IMG/VR virus record: IMGVR_UViG_3300025018_000101
Coordinates: 32,001-96,000 of that record
DNA length: 64,000 nucleotides
Strand: one strand, 5' to 3'
Source: a virus
In this document: positions 18,004-28,261 of the stretch, in pieces
How positions within the stretch are numbered: the first letter of the stretch is position 1
How the letters are laid out: each line of letters begins with the position of its first letter
The notes under the pieces: model-generated
The model's database searches: none
Seen by the model: only the letters and a program-made list of their open reading frames with translations
Told to the model about the DNA's origin: nothing
Position numbers and translations under genes: made by a program

Positions 18004-21000
18004 TTACATGGGGAGGCCGCTGTACTCGCCCTCTTCGGTTGAGTCAGTGGCATGGGCGAGGTCATCCGGCTCGCCTCCGGAAATGAAAGCCTCCGACCCG
18101 ATGAGGTCAGAGAGCTTCGCCGCAACGATGTCGTTGTACGTCACGCGGCCGACCCCCACCAGGGGTCGAACCGCCGCCGCGAGCTTCAGACGCTTCATCT
18201 CCTCGAGGGTCATGAAGGTCTCGTTCTGCTCGAGGCGGATCCGCAGGCTCTTGGCGTCCTGAGCCCCGCGATGCCGGGCGGACTCCTGGAGCAGGTTGGC
18301 CAGGACCTGCGCGCAGTGGAACACCACCACTTCGTGGCTGCGCAGGTAGTACACGCCGCAGGACGTCGTGTTGAGGTCCTCGCGCCGGCCGGGGTCCGAC
18401 AGTACGGAGGCCAGGGTGCGCTTGGAGCCCGGGTTGAGGTCGAGCGACAGGCGGATGGCTGCCGTGTACAGGATGTCGTCGAGCAGCTTGTCGGAGTCCG
18501 GCGCGACGTACTGAGCACGCAGCGTCGACTTGTACGCCAGGTACTCGGTGAAGAACGCCTCAACGTTCACCCCAGACGCCTTCAGCACGGCCAGGATGGG
18601 CATCAGGCAGTCCACGTACCGCGGCTCGATGCCCGGAGGGAAGCCCGTCTGGAAGAACCGCGCCGCCCGGAGCTCGTGGTAGTTGCGGTAGAGCTCCGGG
18701 AGCATCTGTCGCGTCGTCAGCGAGATGTCCCGCGCCAGCGCGCGCACCCCGGTCTCTCCGATCATGTTCAGGATCACCTGCCAGGGCGCCGGGCACTCCC
18801 CGACCTTCTTCTTGAACTGGTGGATGTCCCACCGCGAGAAGTCTACCTCCTCGGTGAACGGGTGGACGCCCGCCCCGGCCACGGGCATGTCGATCTTGCG
18901 AGTCTGGGCCGACCCGCCGCTCGTACCGCGGACGCCTTCAACACCGCGGTTGATGTTGCCGCGCAGGTACTCGAGCAGGAGCTGAGACTCCTTGGCCTTG
19001 CGCGACCCCTGGCTGCGCTCGGGGCTCTCGAACTCGTCCAGGCACGCCAGTAGCGTCGACCGGTTGTGGGCCTGCATGATGCCGGCGGCCGACCAGTCCT
19101 CCCAGCCCCTGGAGGCGTAGACGAGGCGGACGAGCGGTTGCTGGACGCCGCACAGAAGCCCCATCAGGAACGAGCTCTTGCCGCACTGCGGCGGCCCGTT
19201 CAGGTAGACCTGCGCCTTGGTGTCGAAGAGCGACGCGATGCCGGCGTACATGATGTAGGCCGACAGGTACGTCGCCATCAGGCGGTGGTGCTCAGGGACG
19301 GCGGAGAAGCTCCAGCCTGCGATCAGCAGCGCCAGGATGCGGTCGAAGACCTCCTTCAGGGTCACCATCGTGGGCTCGTTCAGGGCCTTGAGGTTGATGA
19401 ACGGGTCCCACGGCTCCCCAGAGGGCTGGCACAGGATGTTGCCGATGATGGGCTGGTCCAGCTCCTCGTAGACGAGCAGGTCGTCCTCAGGCTCGAGAAC
19501 AGCGTGGTACACCCTCTTGCCGTTGACGAGCAGCACCCTGAAGCGCTCGTCCTCCGGCACCGTCGGGTCGGTGCGCCGGAGGTCGACGAAGTGCAGGCCC
19601 TGCGCCTTGAGCTCCATCGTCGACAGGTCCGGCGCGCGGGCGCACATCTGCTTGGTGGCCTCATAGACGTACTCGTCCGCCTTGAGGGTCTGCTGCATGA
19701 CGGGCCGGTTGGCCTCGGTGCCGTCGGGTTTGGTGACGTGGCTGAACCACTGCGGCACCCCGATGATGTCCCGCAGCCACTCGAAGGGGGTCATGTTCAG
19801 CGCCTGCTGCGCCAGGGTCGTGACGCAGTCCACGCGCCGCGTCAGTAGCACCTCCACCAGCGCGCCGGTCTTCTTGGCGTACAGGTAGCCCTTGGGGCCG
19901 TCGTATGCCACGGGCGTCAGGATGGCCTCAAGCTGGGCCCGGACGAGCTCGAGGAACTCCGCCTCCGACGCCCGAGCGGCCTTGTTGCTCTTGAGCAGCG
20001 GCTCGGGCACCAGCCCGTCCTTGCGCAGGAGCTCGAAGACCGTGTCTCGCACCGCTTGCGACCGCATGGTGTCGTGGTACCGAACCAGTACCTCCTGGAT
20101 CTCCTCGACGTCGTGCCGGGCATCGCTGTTGATCCTGCCCAGGTCCATCGAGATGGCTTCGAAGACCCACTGCGCCCTGTCCGTCAACAGCGCCGTGTCC
20201 GCGATCGCCGACAGGAACGTCGTCCCACGCTGCAGCTTGTGGATGACGTCGTCCGGGTCGACGCCCGGCTGGTCGAGGAAGGGGCTTCGGTGCCATGCGA
20301 AGACGCCCGCCTTGAGCCCGCGGGCCCGCTCCAGCGCCAGGCGCGCGAACCCGGTCCCGCCGTCGTCGTAGTCCGGCACGACGACGAGTCGCTTGACACC
20401 GTGCCCCGCCAGGAACCCAAGGTTCGGCATCCCGCTCCCGGACAGGCCGATGATGGCCATGTCCGTGACGCCGTGCGCGCCGAGCAGCGCCTGGTAGCTC
20501 GAGATGGTGTCCATCTCGCCCTCGACCGCCCAGCAGTTCTCCGCGAGCTTCGAGCCCCAGACGGCGCGGTAGAGCCCCATGCCGAAGGCGCCGTGACCGT
20601 CGGTCGGAGGTCCTATCCAGATGGGCTCCACGCCCTCCTCCAGGCTCTTGAGCTTGAACCGGGCGATCTGCCCGAAGCCCTTGTGGTAGGGGAAGACGAC
20701 GCCGCCGACGTACTGGTTGACGTCGGCGGGGTTGGCTGGGAGCAGGTCGGCCTTCTCCTCCTTGCCCTGCCGGTCGTTGACGTAGGCGCGCACCCGAGCG
20801 CGCATGTCCTTGTCCTCGATGGCGCTCTCGAGGTGCCGGCGGGTCGGCAGGACGCCGAGGGGGAGCCTCCCGAGCTGGCTCATGTCCACGCCGCGCTCCG
20901 TCAGCCAGCGCACGGCCTTGGAGCAGTAGGCGTACTCCTTGTCGGAGGGGTGGTTGACGGCGTTCGTCAACGTCTTGACCGCGGCGGACATGAGCGCCTC

Positions 21001-21378
21001 CTTCATGGCCTGCTCGTTCTTGTCCGTCTGGATGTCCGCGACCACCCTCTGGTTCAACTTCAGCGCGGCGTACTCGATGAAGCCGACGCGCAGGGCCTCC
21101 ATGTAGGGCAGCGACATGACCTGCGCGAACAGCGCCACGGGGTCGCTCTCGTACGCCTGGCACCGGGCGCTCAGGCACTTGGCAAACCCCTTGTCGGGGT
21201 GGATGGCGAACGCGCCGGGGTCGACCTCCTGGTGGTAGGGGCACAGGCCGACCACCTTCCCCCCGACGCGGCGCCAACGGCCCTCGGCCGCGAAGTGCTG
21301 GAGCATCTGGCCCCAGAGATGAGACGACGTCTGCGCCCAGATGCTGCGGGCGTCCAGTGTCCGCTTGTTGTCTTCCAC
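18004..21378 (-). CDS. Primase-helicase (CHC2 Zn finger, TOPRIM, P-loop)
   Basis: GTG 21378 with GGAG RBS; CPYH...CLSARC, AVEGEMD, PDYDDGG, GPPQCGKS, LDEFE. Confidence 0.85.
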   Translation of the reverse strand: MEDNKRTLDARSIWAQTSSHLWGQMLQHFAAEGRWRRVGGKVVGLCPYHQEVDPGAFAIHPDKGFAKCLSARCQAYESDPVALFAQVMSLPYMEALRVGFIEYAALKLNQRVVADIQTDKNEQAMKEALMSAAVKTLTNAVNHPSDKEYAYCSKAVRWLTERGVDMSQLGRLPLGVLPTRRHLESAIEDKDMRARVRAYVNDRQGKEEKADLLPANPADVNQYVGGVVFPYHKGFGQIARFKLKSLEEGVEPIWIGPPTDGHGAFGMGLYRAVWGSKLAENCWAVEGEMDTISSYQALLGAHGVTDMAIIGLSGSGMPNLGFLAGHGVKRLVVVPDYDDGGTGFARLALERARGLKAGVFAWHRSPFLDQPGVDPDDVIHKLQRGTTFLSAIADTALLTDRAQWVFEAISMDLGRINSDARHDVEEIQEVLVRYHDTMRSQAVRDTVFELLRKDGLVPEPLLKSNKAARASEAEFLELVRAQLEAILTPVAYDGPKGYLYAKKTGALVEVLLTRRVDCVTTLAQQALNMTPFEWLRDIIGVPQWFSHVTKPDGTEANRPVMQQTLKADEYVYEATKQMCARAPDLSTMELKAQGLHFVDLRRTDPTVPEDERFRVLLVNGKRVYHAVLEPEDDLLVYEELDQPIIGNILCQPSGEPWDPFINLKALNEPTMVTLKEVFDRILALLIAGWSFSAVPEHHRLMATYLSAYIMYAGIASLFDTKAQVYLNGPPQCGKSSFLMGLLCGVQQPLVRLVYASRGWEDWSAAGIMQAHNRSTLLACLDEFESPERSQGSRKAKESQLLLEYLRGNINRGVEGVRGTSGGSAQTRKIDMPVAGAGVHPFTEEVDFSRWDIHQFKKKVGECPAPWQVILNMIGETGVRALARDISLTTRQMLPELYRNYHELRAARFFQTGFPPGIEPRYVDCLMPILAVLKASGVNVEAFFTEYLAYKSTLRAQYVAPDSDKLLDDILYTAAIRLSLDLNPGSKRTLASVLSDPGRREDLNTTSCGVYYLRSHEVVVFHCAQVLANLLQESARHRGAQDAKSLRIRLEQNETFMTLEEMKRLKLAAAVRPLVGVGRVTYNDIVAAKLSDLIGSEAFISGGEPDDLAHATDSTEEGEYSGLPM

Positions 21379-21433
21379 GTCCACTCCGGTTTTATGGGAA
21401 GCCGCCCCCGGGAGGTCGGCAGGGTAGTACGGC

Positions 21434-21934
21434 TCAGCCCAACGTCCTGGCGACCACCTCCTGAATGGCGCGCACGAAGGACAGACCGAGTTCGAGCGGG
21501 TCGAGCCCGCCAATGACACCGTCGACGCCGCGGAAGAGGAGTTCGACGGCCGCGGCGGCCACGCGTGCCCAACGCCGGGGCACGGCGCGCAACACCTCGA
21601 GCAGGAGCTGCGTCAGGGGAGACCGGTCCGGGTGGAGCCCGGAGAGGTCCTTGAGCAGGTCCAGGACAGAGACGTCCGGACGCTGCTGCTGCTGCCACAG
21701 GGCGTAGGCCGCAGCCAGGGAGACCAGTACCGCCGAAGCGGACGCCCAGACGAGCTCGGGCGTAGGGCCGGAGGCCACGTAGGTCTCCGCATCAGGGCCG
21801 CCGTACAGGCCGTCGGCCACCGCCCTGGCTTCATCCCCGTGTCCGAAGACCGAAGCTGCCAGGCCGTAGTGCCGTCGCCAGGCGACGGAGTCTCGATCGG
21901 GGCGCGCCTGCGCCCCCGGTTCCCGACCGTCCAT
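21434..21934 (-). CDS. Hypothetical protein
   Basis: GAGG RBS; part of the minus-strand operon. Confidence 0.6.
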   Translation of the reverse strand: MDGREPGAQARPDRDSVAWRRHYGLAASVFGHGDEARAVADGLYGGPDAETYVASGPTPELVWASASAVLVSLAAAYALWQQQQRPDVSVLDLLKDLSGLHPDRSPLTQLLLEVLRAVPRRWARVAAAAVELLFRGVDGVIGGLDPLELGLSFVRAIQEVVARTLG

Positions 21935-21940
21935 TGACGA

Positions 21941-22441
21941 TCACCTCGTAATGAGGTACGCGACGAGCGCCGTTCCAACCATCCCGACGATCACGCCAGT
22001 GCCAAAGAACACCGTCTCCGCCCACGCCGGGGAACGCCCCGCCTCTGTCAGGCTCGCCGCGCACAGTCGGAGGGCTGAGGCCAACTCGGTGGCGGTGTGC
22101 GAGGCGTTATCCACTTGTGCCACCGTCTTGGACAGCGTCTCACGGAGACGCAGTCGGTCCTCGTCGATCGACAGGGCGACCCCCGTCAAGAGCCTGAGCC
22201 GGCCGTAGAGGTCCACGTAGCCGTCGAAGAGCTGCAACACCAGGCGCGTGTTCTCCAGGTCGAAGCAGGCGAACTCCCGCCCCCCGCGCGTGCACGCCGA
22301 GAACACCGGCGGCCCTGCCTCCGACAGGTCCCTCGGCAGGGAGACGTGGAGCCCGTCAGCGGCCGGGCGGCTTGTCGCGGGGAGCAGGGACAGCGCGGCC
22401 ACCATCACCGCCGCCACGACGCTCAAACGGTGCGCTACCAC
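21941..22441 (-). CDS. Signal/TM + coiled coil + C-terminal TM protein (spanin-like candidate)
   Basis: Hydrophobic N-terminus, coiled coil, C-terminal VFFGTGVIVGMVGTALVAYLI; start position uncertain. Confidence 0.5.
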   Translation of the reverse strand: MVAHRLSVVAAVMVAALSLLPATSRPAADGLHVSLPRDLSEAGPPVFSACTRGGREFACFDLENTRLVLQLFDGYVDLYGRLRLLTGVALSIDEDRLRLRETLSKTVAQVDNASHTATELASALRLCAASLTEAGRSPAWAETVFFGTGVIVGMVGTALVAYLITR

Positions 22442-22565
22442 ACCGCTCGCAGCGCTGTACCGGACCCGTGCGGGTGACCTCTCCGCCGCACACGGGGCAC
22501 GCCCCGGGCGCTCCCGCCTTCTTGTCGTTGCCGTCATGGGTGTCCACTCCGTACTTCTCCATCAT
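22356..22565 (-). CDS. Small Zn-ribbon protein
   Basis: AGGAG RBS; CPVCG...CERCG..PFE. Confidence 0.7.
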   Translation of the reverse strand: MMEKYGVDTHDGNDKKAGAPGACPVCGGEVTRTGPVQRCERCGSAPFERRGGGDGGRAVPAPRDKPPGR

Positions 22566-22917
22566 GGGAGGACTCCTGGTGTTGTCGCCGAGCGCACCCG
22601 CAGGAGCGGGTGGCGCCGGTGACGAGATTGGTTTGGAAAGCGGTCACGGTCTGCCCGCAGTCGCATTGGCACACCCACTGGCTCCGGCTGCGGCCGGCGA
22701 CCCGGCGCATCGGTCGGAGCCTCCCAAAGCGCTCCTGGGACAGGTCGCGCCGCAGCGATCGCGCCGCCTCGGGCTGTGACCGCACGGTCACGCCCATGGC
22801 GCGCAGGACCCGGTAGACGGACGCCTTGGACACGCCGAATCGGGCGGCGATCTTGTACGCGCCGACCCCAGACCGGTACCAGTTGGCCACCTCGGCGTCG
22901 AAGTCCGTCACCCCCAT
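22534..22917 (-). CDS. HTH + Cys-rich (CxC...SCGC) DNA-binding protein
   Basis: HTH YKIAARFGVSKASVYRVL, then DLSQERFGRL...WVCQCDCG...TRSCGC, a domain known from phage HNH/AP2 endonucleases; no nuclease domain present. Confidence 0.7.
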   Translation of the reverse strand: MGVTDFDAEVANWYRSGVGAYKIAARFGVSKASVYRVLRAMGVTVRSQPEAARSLRRDLSQERFGRLRPMRRVAGRSRSQWVCQCDCGQTVTAFQTNLVTGATRSCGCARRQHQESSHDGEVRSGHP

Positions 22918-23588
22918 GTCCCCCCCTCCTCCTGGCCGGAGACGTTCGGGTCCTCGACGTAGTCCGCGTCCTCTTCGCCCGGCGACGGTTCCTTCGGAAG
23001 CCCGAGGGTCATGCGGAACCTCTCGAGCTTCTTCAGGTACGCCTTGCGCTCGTCAGCGGCCGCCGCGAACGTACCCACGTCCATGTCGAAGCCGTCGGCG
23101 CCCGTCCCCTCCTTGAGGGAGGACAAGGTGAACGCCCGCAGGGCCTTGGCCTCGTCGGTGTCGCGGATGGTCGACTCGATGAAGGGCTCGTTGTCCCCAG
23201 GGATGATCCACCGGCCCTTGCGATCGAGCTCGTCCTGGCCGTTGGCCGCAACGGCCTTGCGCACCGCCGGGACCACGACGGCCTCATCAAACGCCGAGGT
23301 GGCCCCTGCGGCCGCCGCCAGGCGGGCGACCGCATCGGGCACCGGAGCCGATACGACGCGGGAGACCGGTGCCGGCTCCGGCACCGCCGCCACCTTCGGC
23401 TCCTCCAGCGCTGAGGCCATCCGAGCGGCCTGCGTCATGTCGAACCAGATGATGAATGCCACCCCGTCGGCGCTCTGCTCGAGCGCGCCGTCGGCGTGCA
23501 GATCGACCTCAATCCCGTACTTCGCTCTGAACGCGAACTCCAAAAGGTCGGCCAGGACCTCCCTGGTGACCACCGCTGCTGCTTGCAT
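22908..23588 (-). CDS. Hypothetical protein
   Basis: GGAGG RBS; first gene of the minus-strand operon. Confidence 0.7.
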   Translation of the reverse strand: MQAAAVVTREVLADLLEFAFRAKYGIEVDLHADGALEQSADGVAFIIWFDMTQAARMASALEEPKVAAVPEPAPVSRVVSAPVPDAVARLAAAAGATSAFDEAVVVPAVRKAVAANGQDELDRKGRWIIPGDNEPFIESTIRDTDEAKALRAFTLSSLKEGTGADGFDMDVGTFAAAADERKAYLKKLERFRMTLGLPKEPSPGEEDADYVEDPNVSGQEEGGTWG

Positions 23589-23628
23589 ACTGCCTCCCTC
23601 TGGGCCATGCTGGCGTTGCCTGATGCAG

Positions 23629-23657
23629 ACTGTACGCCTTGCTATGCGAGGTGTCCA
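23629..23657 (-). promoter_or_regulatory. sigma70-like promoter of the replication operon
   Basis: TGGACA-17 nt-TACAGT on the minus strand. Confidence 0.55.
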
Positions 23658-23701
23658 GGCAGCGCAAACAACCCCGGTGCGATTTTGAAAGGAGCGCGTG
23701 C

Positions 23702-25447
23702 ATGAGCCTCAGCGACCCCCTCGACCTGATGGGTCGGAGTAACGCGCACACCCACCCCATGTACGACTTCCTGACGGGCTTCATGCCGAGGAAGCTCAAG
23801 GACCTGTTCCGGTGGTGTGAATACCTCTACTACCGGAGCCCTCAGATCTTCCGCGCCGCTCAGCGCCTGGCGGACTACGTCATCACCGAGGTGATCTTCT
23901 CGACGGACAACGAGCGCGAGCAGGAGCAGTACGAGAACCTGCTGCTCGAGCACGTCGGCATCATGAGTGCGTTAAAGACCGCGGCGCGCGACCGCGTGAT
24001 CTACGGCAACGGCTTCTACTCGATGTTCTTCCCGAGCAAGAAGATGATTGCCTGCGCGGGGTGCTCTACGGAGTTCGACCTGACGAAGCTGGACTTCGAG
24101 TACGACGGCAAGAAGATGACGTTCGCGGTCATCTGCCCGAAGTGCGGCAAGAACACCAAGCACCCAGCCGAGTCCATCGTCGAGCGCAAGAGCTACGACA
24201 AGAGCGCCATCCGGGTCATCGCGTGGGACCCGAAGCTGATGGACATCGAGTACAACCCGGTGTCTGGAAAGAGCAGGTTCTTCTACAACATTCCTACCTC
24301 GGTCCGGACCGAAGTCGAGCGCAACAACCAGTGGTTCATCTCGCAGTTGCCGATCGGCTTCCTGCGCGCGGTGAGCTTGAACCAGGTGTTCGAGTTCGCC
24401 CCCGGCGCCATCTTCCAGCTCAAGGAGGAGGGCCCGTCGGGGATGCAGTCCCAGTGGGGCATCCCGCCGCTGGCCAGCGTGATGAAGGACTTCTTCTACG
24501 CCGGCGTGCTCCGCAAGGCGAACGAGGCCATCGCGCTCGAGTACACGGTGCCATTCCGGGTCCTGTCCCCTGACGTCGGTGGCGGCGGCGGCTCTCTCAT
24601 CCAGTACTTGAACATCACGAACTGGAAAGAGAACACGATGAGCGAGGTCCGCAAGTGGCGCCGGGACCCGCTCCACATGATGTTCGCTCCCGTCCCTCTA
24701 CTGGTCACCCAGATGGGCGGCCAGGCCCGCTCCCTGCTAGCGACCCCGGAGGTGGAGCAGGCGGAGAACAACATCATGGCGGGCATTGGCATCCCGCGCG
24801 AGTTCGTCTACGGCGGCCTGCAGTTCACCGGGTCGTCGGTGACGCTGCGGATGCTCGAGAACCAGCTCCTGAACGACCGCCGGGATCTGATCCGCCTGGC
24901 GAAGTGGGTCACGGATCGGTGCCGTCGGCACATGGGGTGGGGGCACGTCGGGGTGGACCTGAAGAGCTTCCGCTTCGTCGACGACGTGGCGCAGAAGGGC
25001 ATGCTGTTGCAGGCGGACGCCCAGTACCAGCTCATGTCGAAGGGCACGGTGGCGGAGCTCTTCGACCTGGACCTCAAGCGCGAGGGCGAGCGCAAGGTCC
25101 AGGAGCAGATCGACGACATGGCGCTGCAGACGCGCATGGCCCAGAAGCAGCAGGAGACGACGGGGACGCTGCTGCAGCAGACCCGGGATGAGGCCTCGCA
25201 GATGGCCCAGCAGCAGGCTGGCCAGGGCCAGGCGTTGCCTCCCGAGGACGCCTTCATCACCATGGCACAGCAGATGGTCCCGCAGCTCCTGGCCATGGAG
25301 GAGGGTGACCGCCAGAGCCAGATGTACGGCTTGCGCGGCCAGTCCCTCGTGCTCTACTCCCTGGTGACCGAGATGCTCCAGGAGCAGGACCGCGCGGCGA
25401 AGCAGCAGGTCAGTAGCCAGGTGAAACAGGAGGCCGTGGCGCAATGA
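23702..25447 (+). CDS. Portal protein with Zn-ribbon insertion
   Basis: AAGGAG RBS; portal-like DRVIYGNGFY, WGIPPL, IMAGIGIPREFV; CAGC...CPKC insert; Gln-rich C-terminus. Confidence 0.75.
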   Translation: MSLSDPLDLMGRSNAHTHPMYDFLTGFMPRKLKDLFRWCEYLYYRSPQIFRAAQRLADYVITEVIFSTDNEREQEQYENLLLEHVGIMSALKTAARDRVIYGNGFYSMFFPSKKMIACAGCSTEFDLTKLDFEYDGKKMTFAVICPKCGKNTKHPAESIVERKSYDKSAIRVIAWDPKLMDIEYNPVSGKSRFFYNIPTSVRTEVERNNQWFISQLPIGFLRAVSLNQVFEFAPGAIFQLKEEGPSGMQSQWGIPPLASVMKDFFYAGVLRKANEAIALEYTVPFRVLSPDVGGGGGSLIQYLNITNWKENTMSEVRKWRRDPLHMMFAPVPLLVTQMGGQARSLLATPEVEQAENNIMAGIGIPREFVYGGLQFTGSSVTLRMLENQLLNDRRDLIRLAKWVTDRCRRHMGWGHVGVDLKSFRFVDDVAQKGMLLQADAQYQLMSKGTVAELFDLDLKREGERKVQEQIDDMALQTRMAQKQQETTGTLLQQTRDEASQMAQQQAGQGQALPPEDAFITMAQQMVPQLLAMEEGDRQSQMYGLRGQSLVLYSLVTEMLQEQDRAAKQQVSSQVKQEAVAQ

Positions 25448-25824
25448 GCAGCAACCACCACCGGTTCAACGAGTCCTTCAAGTGGTCCGAGCACATGGCG
25501 ACCGCCGGCTACAACGGCAACCCGTCCATTCCTCCGGACCACCCGCTGGCCAGGCTCTTCTCCGACGGGGCGCCCTCGGCTCCAGTCGGACCCGGGTTCG
25601 ACCCGAAGACGTCCAAGGTGCGCTTCCGGCGCTTCGACCTGGACGACGAGGAGGAGCGCGAGGACCTGGAGAACATCCTGACGGACTGCATGCGCGGCCA
25701 GGGCAAGTTCCTCGACAGCCAGACCCTACACACCACCCCTGACGGCCGTGCGATCGTCACGATCTGCTGGGTCGAGTGGGAGGTCCAAACGGCGAAACGG
25801 CCCAAGGGTCTGGACGACGTCTGA
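25444..25824 (+). CDS. Hypothetical protein
   Basis: ATGA overlap with portal; AGGAGG RBS. Confidence 0.7.
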   Translation: MSSNHHRFNESFKWSEHMATAGYNGNPSIPPDHPLARLFSDGAPSAPVGPGFDPKTSKVRFRRFDLDDEEEREDLENILTDCMRGQGKFLDSQTLHTTPDGRAIVTICWVEWEVQTAKRPKGLDDV

Positions 25825-25840
25825 GGAGAGGCAGGTCACG

Positions 25841-28261
25841 ATGGCACTGAAACCCGACGTCGTTCTTCAGCCGCACCAGGAGTCGGCACGCACGCGGTTT
25901 CGCGCCAAGCCTGGCTTGCTGATCAACCACGGCCTGGGCTCCGGCAAGACCTTGACGTCGATGGCGCTGGCGGAGGATGTCGGCGGCCGCGCCCTCGTCG
26001 TCGTGCCAGCGTCGCTGCAGGCGAACTACCGGGACCAGTTGCAGAAGTTCGTCACCGAGGACCGACACGGCGACTACGACATCGTCTCCTACGACAAGTT
26101 CAGGGCGGACCCCGAGTCCTATCTCGACAAGGAGCCGTCCGTCCTGATCGTCGATGAGGTCCACCGCCTGCGCAATCCGGGTAAGAACCGGGACGCCATC
26201 GAGATGGCCCGCAAGCGCATCCCGCGCATGGTAGGGATGACGGCCTCGCTCGCCTCGAACACGCCGCTCGAGTCCGTACCCCTGATCAACCTCGTCGCCG
26301 GCAAGAGCGTCATCTCGCAGGCTAAGTTCAAGAGGGATCACATCGGCGAGATCGAGGTGAAGCCTGGCCTCGCGGGCCGACTGCTCGGCGCCGAGTCGGG
26401 CTATGTGCCGGTCATCATCAACCGCAAGGGCCTGCACGACAAGCTCGCCCCCTTCGTCGACAGGTACACGGGCAGCGACGCGTACCGGAAGTCGCTGCCT
26501 GGTCGCGTCGACGAGGTCGTCGAAGTGCCCATGTCGGCCCACCAGAAGGACGTCTACGAGGGCATCATCAACACGAGCCCGGCGCTGGCGTACAAGATCC
26601 GGCAGAACCTCCCGCCGAGCAAGAAGGAGCTCAAGGACCTCAACGCCTTCCAGACCGCGGCGCGTCAGGTCATGAACGCCACCGAGCCGTACGTCGACGT
26701 CCGCGAGGGCCAGGACCTGCCCTCGATGTCGCCGAAGCTCCAGCGCGTCGCGGACGACCTGGCGGCACTGGCGAAGGACGACCCCAACTTCCGCGCCGTC
26801 GTCTACAGCAACTTCCTCGATGCGGGTACGCGCCCCGTGCTGCGCGCCACCGAGACGGCCTCCGGCCTGTACGAGGGCTCGGTGTCCCAGAAGGAGCGCC
26901 AGAGGGTCCTCGCGCGCTACCACTCCGGCGAGGCCCCCGTCCTCGGGCTCAGCCCGGCGGGTGGCGAGGGTCTCGACCTGAAGGGCACCAAGATGATGGC
27001 GGTGCTCGAGAGTCACTGGAACCCCGAGGTCACCAACCAGGCCATCGGCCGCGCCATCCGCTACAAGTCCCACGATCACCTCCCCGAGGACGAGCGCTCT
27101 GTCATCGTCCGCCAGTATCGGTCGGTCTACCCCGACTCGTGGCGCCACCGCATCTCAGGCCGCCCCACGTCCATGGACGAGTACATCGCCACTCGCGCCC
27201 AGGAGAAGGCCACCTTCAACGAGGACTTCATGAACGCACTCGACTCCAAGCCGCGCTCCCGCGGCGTCAAAGCCGCCTTCAAGGTCGCGGGCATCCCCGA
27301 GATGGCCGCGCGCCTGATGGACAGCGACCTCGTCAACTCCAACAGCCTCGGCTACTCCCTGCTCCGCGCCGCCCCCGGCGCCGCCCTCAGCGTCGCCAGC
27401 CTCGGCCTCGGAGCTGGCGTGGCCAGCAGTGAGGACCCCAACGCCCCGCCCCAGTACCGAGCCCAGGGCATGCTCGGCGCGGGCATCGGCATGGGACTGG
27501 CGGGCGCCTTCGCCCCCGCCGTGCTCAAGTCCATCGCGCTCCGTCCAAAGGGACTGATGCTGAACGCAGAGGGCATCGCGGCCGCCCCGCTCGGCGCCCG
27601 GGGCCGGGCGCTCCACCTGGACCCGGCGTTCCTCGACGCGCCGATTCACCCGTCGCACCCCCTGTCGTGGCGCGGGATGCCCTCGGTGGCGGAAGAGCTG
27701 GAGATGAACGGTGGCCGGACCGACAGGCTCCCTGTGACCGGGAACACGGTGCTCGACCTCATGGGCCGGCTCCAGGGTGACCGGCCTCACATCGACGGCC
27801 GCCTGCCCTGGACGGGCGAGAACGCCTTCGACGGCGTCAGGCCGTGGGAGGGGGAGCGCCTCCCTGCCGGCGCTCTGGGCGCAGACCTGGGCGACTACGG
27901 CGCGGAGATCCCTGTGCTCGGCACGTACGGCGACAGGCGCACGATGTCCGCCGCCTACAACACCTCGCGGCGCCAGACCGAAGCGGCCGTCGACGCCGCA
28001 CGAGCCGCCATCGCGAACGCTCCCGAGGGCGCTGACCTGGCCTCGCTCCAGGACGCCCTGGACGAGGCGGAGAGCTCCCACACCCCAGGGGTCTGGTCCT
28101 CGGACGCTACGAAGGCCGTCATGGAGACCAACCCAGAGACGGCCCTCGGCGTGGGCGGCCAACTCGCGAGCCTGGCTGCCAGTGGCCTCGCAGGCATCGG
28201 CGGCTGGTTCGGCGGCAAGGCCCTCGGCCGAGCCCGGGCTGAGCGAGGCGAAGGGACCTAA
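25841..28261 (+). CDS. SNF2-like SF2 helicase fused to a Gly-rich/hydrophobic C-terminal extension
   Basis: LQPHQ, HGLGSGKT, VDEVH, GGEGLDLK, QAIGRAIRYKSH; then KAAFKVAG and glycine-zipper-like segments. Confidence 0.85.
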   Translation: MALKPDVVLQPHQESARTRFRAKPGLLINHGLGSGKTLTSMALAEDVGGRALVVVPASLQANYRDQLQKFVTEDRHGDYDIVSYDKFRADPESYLDKEPSVLIVDEVHRLRNPGKNRDAIEMARKRIPRMVGMTASLASNTPLESVPLINLVAGKSVISQAKFKRDHIGEIEVKPGLAGRLLGAESGYVPVIINRKGLHDKLAPFVDRYTGSDAYRKSLPGRVDEVVEVPMSAHQKDVYEGIINTSPALAYKIRQNLPPSKKELKDLNAFQTAARQVMNATEPYVDVREGQDLPSMSPKLQRVADDLAALAKDDPNFRAVVYSNFLDAGTRPVLRATETASGLYEGSVSQKERQRVLARYHSGEAPVLGLSPAGGEGLDLKGTKMMAVLESHWNPEVTNQAIGRAIRYKSHDHLPEDERSVIVRQYRSVYPDSWRHRISGRPTSMDEYIATRAQEKATFNEDFMNALDSKPRSRGVKAAFKVAGIPEMAARLMDSDLVNSNSLGYSLLRAAPGAALSVASLGLGAGVASSEDPNAPPQYRAQGMLGAGIGMGLAGAFAPAVLKSIALRPKGLMLNAEGIAAAPLGARGRALHLDPAFLDAPIHPSHPLSWRGMPSVAEELEMNGGRTDRLPVTGNTVLDLMGRLQGDRPHIDGRLPWTGENAFDGVRPWEGERLPAGALGADLGDYGAEIPVLGTYGDRRTMSAAYNTSRRQTEAAVDAARAAIANAPEGADLASLQDALDEAESSHTPGVWSSDATKAVMETNPETALGVGGQLASLAASGLAGIGGWFGGKALGRARAERGEGT

